This document shows positions 58,591 to 64,000 of a stretch of 64,000 nucleotides of DNA, in pieces; the first letter of the stretch is position 1; each line of letters begins with the position of its first letter. Location of the stretch: sequence record AJ697969.1; one strand, 5' to 3'. A program made the position numbers and the translations under genes. Below the pieces are notes generated by a model. That model was not told where the DNA came from. It saw only the letters and a list, made by a program, of their open reading frames with translations, and ran no database searches. This stretch comes from Pseudomonas phage EL.

Positions 58591-58619
58591 TTATTGGAAT
58601 ATTTTAAACCTACATTATC
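58591..58619 (+). promoter_or_regulatory. promoter-like motif, copy 2 (TTATTGGAATATTTTAAACCTACATTATC)
   Basis: 23-nt identity to copy 1; lies 22 nt after a terminator and about 70 nt before the next start; a TTGACA hexamer at 58665. Confidence 0.5.
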
Positions 58620-58690
58620 CTTGGGTACAAGACAATAGGTTATCTGACCGCGCACCAGATGATCTTGACACTAACTTGAGGATCCTCACC

Positions 58691-59827
58691 ATGAATGACG
58701 TTTCACCCTACCGGCATTTCCGGCTGACTTATGATATCACCAATATGAGCAGCAAACAGATTATTGTCAAGGCGAAAGGAGGGTTGAGTTACCTTATTCG
58801 CAAACCACTAGAGGCTTCGTGGTATCCCGGGGCGATGATCGATATCAAATTCGATCGTCTGTATGTCGGTGATTTCAGTTTTGATAAGTCAGCAGCGCGG
58901 AGTAAATTCGATCGTCTGTTGATTGATAAGATCCAAGCTCACCTGAGCTTTGTGTCGAGCAAAGAGTCGCACGTGGACATTCGGCAGTATCATGACTTCG
59001 GCGTCACGATCAAACTGAACAGGGATGTGGTTGAAGACCTGGAAGGTGAACCGATCCACAGTGATATCCTCGGTATCACGTTGTATAACCGGGAAGAGAA
59101 TACCGGCGATCTTTATCCCCTGAATACGCCAGACTACACCCTCAATGACCTGATGAAATGGGGAATCGGTGAGAGTGATGAGCCGGGAGGTCTTCATTAC
59201 TACGTGTATCTGAACGATCCCCTGAGTGTTCAAAACCCGTTGTACACCAATGTCATGGGTAAAGCGGTAATGGTCCCTACGGTCAGGGAGATGAATAAAG
59301 ATCATGGGTTGTATGTGGGATTGGTCTGCGGTAATTCACTACCGAAGAAGCTATTCTACACCTTTGACCATCTCTGCGATGAAACCCTGGGTTTCCTGGG
59401 TATCTTTAAGACCAAAGCAGAATGTGAGATGGGAGGGAACACGGAACGGGCAATGACTGCCGAGAAGAAAGTGGTTGAACTGAATAAACAACTGAGTTCA
59501 GCCAACAACGAGATTTCCAAACTGAAGGACTTGGTAGACGAGAATGTCCGTAAGAGTGTTGAGTTGGGTATCGAGCTGACCCACCTCAAAAGTGCTCATC
59601 GGTTGGAACTCATGCAAGCGAGAAATGAACGTCAACTGGAGGTGAATCGGCTGCAAATCAACAATGATGCGACCAAAGTACGGAGTGAAATGGACAAGAC
59701 CTTGAGTAAGGCGAATCTGGAGTTCACCCGCCAGCGGGCCAGCGCTAACAACTGGGGAGAAGTGGCTAAGGCGGTTGGGGCTATTGCAACCGTGTTTGCT
59801 GCGGGGTATAAACTATGTACTTCCTGA
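58691..59827 (+). CDS. hypothetical protein with long C-terminal coiled coil and hydrophobic C-terminal anchor
   Basis: ATG 58691 with a GAGGA RBS (the track TTG is at 58676); the C-terminus reads WGEVAKAVGAIATVFAAGYKLCTS. Confidence 0.6.
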   Translation: MNDVSPYRHFRLTYDITNMSSKQIIVKAKGGLSYLIRKPLEASWYPGAMIDIKFDRLYVGDFSFDKSAARSKFDRLLIDKIQAHLSFVSSKESHVDIRQYHDFGVTIKLNRDVVEDLEGEPIHSDILGITLYNREENTGDLYPLNTPDYTLNDLMKWGIGESDEPGGLHYYVYLNDPLSVQNPLYTNVMGKAVMVPTVREMNKDHGLYVGLVCGNSLPKKLFYTFDHLCDETLGFLGIFKTKAECEMGGNTERAMTAEKKVVELNKQLSSANNEISKLKDLVDENVRKSVELGIELTHLKSAHRLELMQARNERQLEVNRLQINNDATKVRSEMDKTLSKANLEFTRQRASANNWGEVAKAVGAIATVFAAGYKLCTS

Positions 59828-59844
59828 TATGGTAGGTAGGTAGG

Positions 59845-61557
59845 ATGGACCGGCAACTCATTAAACACATTGAAAATTCCATGCCGAAGTTCAATAAGTT
59901 ACTGGTGGATGGATTTCATCAGAAGGAGTTTAGTAATGCGTTAGGAGTGTTCGATCATTCCATGAGGGCCATTCTGAAAAGTGTTGAGAAACGGGGTGTC
60001 TTTTACAAGAAAACCGTACGAGCTTCACCTCGGGAGTTCATTGACTACTTGATCAACAGCAGTCGTAAAGTCTTCGATGTCCATAAGGAAAGCTTGTATC
60101 CGGTTAAGATCTGGATCCAGTATAAGGACCGAGGGGGTAAGTTAACGGACTTTTACACCTACACGATGCTCCCGTATACGGATAAGTACGGGGATCTGTG
60201 GTTGAGGGGATCGTTGTATAACCCTCAGATCGTACTCGCTGAACAGGGTCTACCCGTAACGAAAGAGAACGCCTTGTTCGTGAAAGTGCTGGGTTTCAAG
60301 TTTAAGATTGGAATCGAGCATTTCAATTTCTGTCAAGTCTTTACCGACACAGGGATTGAGACCCATCGTCACACGGATATCAACCTGGCGGCTAACCGGT
60401 TCTACAGTCCAACCGAATCCCGGAAGATCAAGGACAGTAAGACCCCTGTTCCGTTGTTGGCGTGGTATATCTTTGCGGACATGGGCTTCAGTACGGCCAT
60501 GGAGGAATATGCGGAGTGTGACTTCCGTATAGGCTCTCTGGATGCGCTGCTTAACGAATGCAAGGCAGAAGACCGGTGGGAAGTCTTTACCGGTCCTAAG
60601 CGTGCTTCGGATAATAAACCTTCGTTAGGTGATTATGTCAGTTTGGACATCGGTATTGCGGTACGGAACAAGTCTAGCAGTCGTAAGGAACTGAGCGCAG
60701 TCGGGTTACAGTACAGCTGTGCTTTATTGTTCATTGCGAACTGTTGTTCGTCGTACTTTGATATTGAACGGTTGGATGATCCGGACTATTGGAAGCTGAT
60801 CATAGGGCGGTGTTCCGTTAAGGCGGGTGACAGTGACGAGTACATCATGCGTTTGATGTATGAGCACTTCGATTCCATTCGGGAGTACCTGGATGAAGAT
60901 TCGATTAAGAAGTTCGCTGCTAAATCGATCGTAGTGACCAATATGTTTGATCTGTTCAACTACATCATTGCGAACCGCAGTGAGATTGTCCAGACCACCG
61001 ACCGTGCGTCAGCGTTCAATAAAGACTTGGCCAGTTTGGAATTCACGCTGGACAGTCTGCTGACGTCTGCCAATAACTTCAAGCACGATATCAAGAACAA
61101 CTCGGAAATCAACCAGAAAAAGGTGGCGAGGTTCTTGACTCACAATTTCCCTATTAAGGAGATCGACAATGCACAATACGCCAACCTTATCCTGGAACCC
61201 ACCCCTACGGATAATCCGTTCGTAGACTACGGGTTGGGCTGCATGCCCCAACACAAGGTCTATACCGGTGGTGGTAAGCGTAAACGGGGTGACTTCGACA
61301 CGTCAGATAGCTCAACCTTTACCCACGCGTCGCTTCCCTTTGTTCATAGTTTTTTACGGGTTACGAATCCTAATCCTGATGCACGGGGATTCCTTAATCC
61401 AAGCATTTATCTGATCAATAATCGTACAACGGGCTTAGACCCTCAATTTAAAGAACTCTACGAACGAACAGATAAACGCCTCAAGAAAAGAGAACCATGG
61501 CCATGGCAAACATCCTCCGTCCATCCGGACAAGTCAACCGAGGAACCGTCTCAATAG
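59845..61557 (+). CDS. hypothetical protein
   Basis: 570-aa ORF with a GGTAGGTAGGTAGG RBS region. Confidence 0.65.
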   Translation: MDRQLIKHIENSMPKFNKLLVDGFHQKEFSNALGVFDHSMRAILKSVEKRGVFYKKTVRASPREFIDYLINSSRKVFDVHKESLYPVKIWIQYKDRGGKLTDFYTYTMLPYTDKYGDLWLRGSLYNPQIVLAEQGLPVTKENALFVKVLGFKFKIGIEHFNFCQVFTDTGIETHRHTDINLAANRFYSPTESRKIKDSKTPVPLLAWYIFADMGFSTAMEEYAECDFRIGSLDALLNECKAEDRWEVFTGPKRASDNKPSLGDYVSLDIGIAVRNKSSSRKELSAVGLQYSCALLFIANCCSSYFDIERLDDPDYWKLIIGRCSVKAGDSDEYIMRLMYEHFDSIREYLDEDSIKKFAAKSIVVTNMFDLFNYIIANRSEIVQTTDRASAFNKDLASLEFTLDSLLTSANNFKHDIKNNSEINQKKVARFLTHNFPIKEIDNAQYANLILEPTPTDNPFVDYGLGCMPQHKVYTGGGKRKRGDFDTSDSSTFTHASLPFVHSFLRVTNPNPDARGFLNPSIYLINNRTTGLDPQFKELYERTDKRLKKREPWPWQTSSVHPDKSTEEPSQ

Positions 61558-63842
61558 ATCCTAATGCACCCATCCCCGGGGCTTCTGGTACGACGATGGG
61601 CCTCGGCGCCCGTCAAGGTATGTACAACCAGATGTCACCCTCCATGCAACTCCGTGGTGTTCTCGAACACGGCCTGCAAGGGAATAGTCAGGGTGGGGGT
61701 GGGGGTTCCATCCATTGGGAACGCTACGGTAACTCCCTCTATGAAGACGCTGCACTCCGGGAGATCCGGGAGAATGCGAATTCTGAAATAGACAGTAACC
61801 AACTCTTCTTGGAGAAGTTTTCCCGTGCTGGGGTGGAATTGATTCAGCAGCTAGGAAGACGACAAGGGGCGTTCTATAACGAATACCGGGAGACCTTAGA
61901 AAACTTTCGTTTTGTTCCCAAAACCCCGGTTAAATGTCCCATTCGGGATGAATTCGTTAACAACCTGAACAAGTACCCTGAAACCCTCCGCTTTATCTCA
62001 ACGGCCTCTGTGCCGATGTTTGTCCAGCGACTGATTGTCCTGGGTAAACAAGGGTCTTCGGAGTTGACGACGTCGGACTATATGGGATCCGCAGTCTTTG
62101 CCTATCGGTCTGTTTTAACCATGGAGATGATCTCCTGGTTGTGCAAGAGTCCGGCAGGTCGACAGTTCACGTATAGGTTGACCCCTGAAATCCAGAAAAT
62201 GATCGCTAACCTGGAGCATTTCAAGGATACGTTTAGCCTCGCCTGTAACACGTTAGGTTGTACGAATCCTTATGCGTCCCTGGTGTATGAGGTGAAGACG
62301 CCAACCACGACGGAGAGCCATCTCATCCACGAAGCACAAACCGCCTTCCTTCATTCTAACTTTGGAGCGAACAACGGCGTGGAATCCCAGAACGATCCAA
62401 CCACTGAAGACATCTTTGAAATGGTGAGGAAACGGGCTGAGCTGGCCAGACGGGACAACCAGGTGTATACTCGCCCTGAAGATCCTCGGTTCCAACCCCC
62501 AGAAGTCCAACGCTGGAATAAGGTCCGGAATGATCTTGAAAACCTGACCGTTAAGAACAAGGATGAGTTTGATCTCACCAGTTATTTCCATTACATCGGT
62601 AAACCCAAGCATTATCTGATTCCGGAAACGGATTGGAAGCGGATAAAGAAGGTTTATAAACGCCACCCTGAACAGTCTCCTCAAGAAGAGAGTATCCTCC
62701 CGGGTTGTTTCCGTATTGTGATTATTGACCTGGAAAAGGATAACGGCTGGTTCAGCACTGTTGTAAGGAGTCGTACACTCGATATGGTCACTGCTCTGTC
62801 TAGCCCTGAAAAGCTGTTGCCGTTGCTGGAAGCTACGGAAGACGGTAATGACGTGGTGGTCCTGCCGGTGGAGAAGGTGGTAGAAGATACCAAGTCCCTG
62901 GAGATCACGCTGGAGACCTGTGAAGAATTGGAAGGGATCCCAGTGGTTACGGTGTCTGAAGGCATCGTCAGCGCGACGTCTAAGAAGCTGATGGCGGCTG
63001 TGGTGACGACCAACACCGCCCTGAGTAAGAACATGCCAGGGACCAACGCCACGTCGTTCTCCGCTACGATCTGGGATACCTTCACCTGTTCCGATGCTCG
63101 GGATAAAGTCCGACTCAAGAACGATCTCCCGTTCCTGTTTAAAGACTTTAAGGAGGGCGATCACTCCCTGTCGTATTACCACCGGATGAAAGCGGTTAAG
63201 GAGTACTTGGATGAAGGGATTCTGGATGAGGAGTTGGGTGAGTTCATTCGGACTCGTCTGACCGCAACGGTGAATGCGTGGTTCGTCAGTTCCCTGGGGT
63301 ACGAACGCCTACCAAGCTCACGGAACCATCTGTCGGTAACCGACATCGTCGAAGACTTCGACGAGCTGGATAAGATCCTGGAAGAAGATCATCCTGAAGG
63401 GTACCGACGGTTCAATGAACCGGGAGGGCCGGGTAACTACCTGACGGAACAAATGAAACTGTTCGTTCCCGATGGGAAATACGATGGTGTGGAAAGTGAA
63501 GAGGGTGGTCTAATCCAAGAAGCTCAGAAGAAGTTGGAGTTACCGTTGGAACGCCGCTTCCACATCACGGTGATCAATAAGCGCAATGGCCCGTTGCCGG
63601 ATCCATCGGGAGAACCCTTGATCATTAAGCGCAGTCGATTCCCGGAGTACTTCGATCTCATAGAGAAAGGATTCAAGGGAACGATGAAAGAGACGGATAA
63701 CCTGGACGTTATTGATAAACTGATTCAATTCTCCGGAGGTGATCAACTCTGGTTATTCAGTTACTCAGCCGTCGATAAGAATGTCGCCACTCTTCGGGTG
63801 GTCAGTCGAAGAAGCCCCTTGGTCCTGTTGGATCTCTTCTGA
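61497..63842 (+). CDS. hypothetical protein (Gly-rich N-terminal segment)
   Basis: 781-aa ORF; the start is uncertain (61497, 61503 or 61596) and overlaps the upstream gene end. Confidence 0.65.
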   Translation: MAMANILRPSGQVNRGTVSIDPNAPIPGASGTTMGLGARQGMYNQMSPSMQLRGVLEHGLQGNSQGGGGGSIHWERYGNSLYEDAALREIRENANSEIDSNQLFLEKFSRAGVELIQQLGRRQGAFYNEYRETLENFRFVPKTPVKCPIRDEFVNNLNKYPETLRFISTASVPMFVQRLIVLGKQGSSELTTSDYMGSAVFAYRSVLTMEMISWLCKSPAGRQFTYRLTPEIQKMIANLEHFKDTFSLACNTLGCTNPYASLVYEVKTPTTTESHLIHEAQTAFLHSNFGANNGVESQNDPTTEDIFEMVRKRAELARRDNQVYTRPEDPRFQPPEVQRWNKVRNDLENLTVKNKDEFDLTSYFHYIGKPKHYLIPETDWKRIKKVYKRHPEQSPQEESILPGCFRIVIIDLEKDNGWFSTVVRSRTLDMVTALSSPEKLLPLLEATEDGNDVVVLPVEKVVEDTKSLEITLETCEELEGIPVVTVSEGIVSATSKKLMAAVVTTNTALSKNMPGTNATSFSATIWDTFTCSDARDKVRLKNDLPFLFKDFKEGDHSLSYYHRMKAVKEYLDEGILDEELGEFIRTRLTATVNAWFVSSLGYERLPSSRNHLSVTDIVEDFDELDKILEEDHPEGYRRFNEPGGPGNYLTEQMKLFVPDGKYDGVESEEGGLIQEAQKKLELPLERRFHITVINKRNGPLPDPSGEPLIIKRSRFPEYFDLIEKGFKGTMKETDNLDVIDKLIQFSGGDQLWLFSYSAVDKNVATLRVVSRRSPLVLLDLF

Positions 63843-63878
63843 ATACTTGATTTAATCGCGATTGAATTAAAACTATTA

Positions 63879-63910
63879 ACCTACCCTAGTGGATCTCCAC
63901 TAGGGTAGGT
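63879..63910 (+). terminator. hairpin terminator (ACCTACCCTAGTGGA / TCCACTAGGGTAGGT) plus T-rich tail
   Basis: 15-nt arms 37 nt after the stop, followed by ATTCCTTATTGGTTTATTTATTT. Confidence 0.65.
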
Positions 63911-64000
63911 ATTCCTTATTGGTTTATTTATTTAACTTACAGTTATTTTCAGATCTAAATAATCAGGGTGAATAGCAACAATCCTATTAATTGTTAACTG

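Noticed and set aside
58665-58670. TTGACA hexamer as a sigma-70 -35 box
   Set aside because: No properly spaced -10 element follows; it is probably chance.
62253-63182. 309-aa minus-strand ORF
   Set aside because: Antisense to the long plus-strand gene 61497-63842.

Overview
The window reads as a 64 kb stretch of a large (jumbo-type) tailed phage genome, possibly phiKZ-like, with roughly 50% GC and enterobacteria-like codon usage. It holds about 54 tightly packed genes, many with overlapping stop/start codons. They are arranged in alternating strand blocks separated by strong GC-rich hairpin terminators, several bidirectional, that share CCTACC...GGTAGG stem bases. The genes recognisable from sequence motifs alone are:
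- a multisubunit-RNAP beta-subunit homolog split across two adjacent genes, the second carrying an intein with a LAGLIDADG homing endonuclease;
- an SF2 DExH helicase carrying a closely related second intein, where both inteins show class-3 hallmarks (WCT triplet, non-Cys start);
- an intact solo TnpB (IS605 OrfB) with no TnpA;
- the N-terminal half (Exo I-III plus motif A) of a family B DNA polymerase;
- a DnaB-family helicase;
- an SbcD/Mre11-like metallophosphoesterase;
- a membrane HExxH metalloprotease;
- an SSB-like protein;
- a ParB/Srx-like protein.
A family of six paralogous probable head (inner-body-like) proteins shares a conserved [ST]G-x-E / [GA]F motif. Two genes, a 757-aa major-capsid candidate and a 418-aa acidic-N-terminus protein, have strikingly optimised GC3-rich codon usage and are probably very abundant virion proteins. 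The window also contains a repeated promoter-like motif (AAACCTAYATTAYC) immediately downstream of terminators and just upstream of tnpB, a 350-bp non-coding iteron/hairpin region near the replication genes, and a possible frameshift or leader-peptide arrangement. All calls rest on reading the sequence and translated ORFs; no database search was possible.
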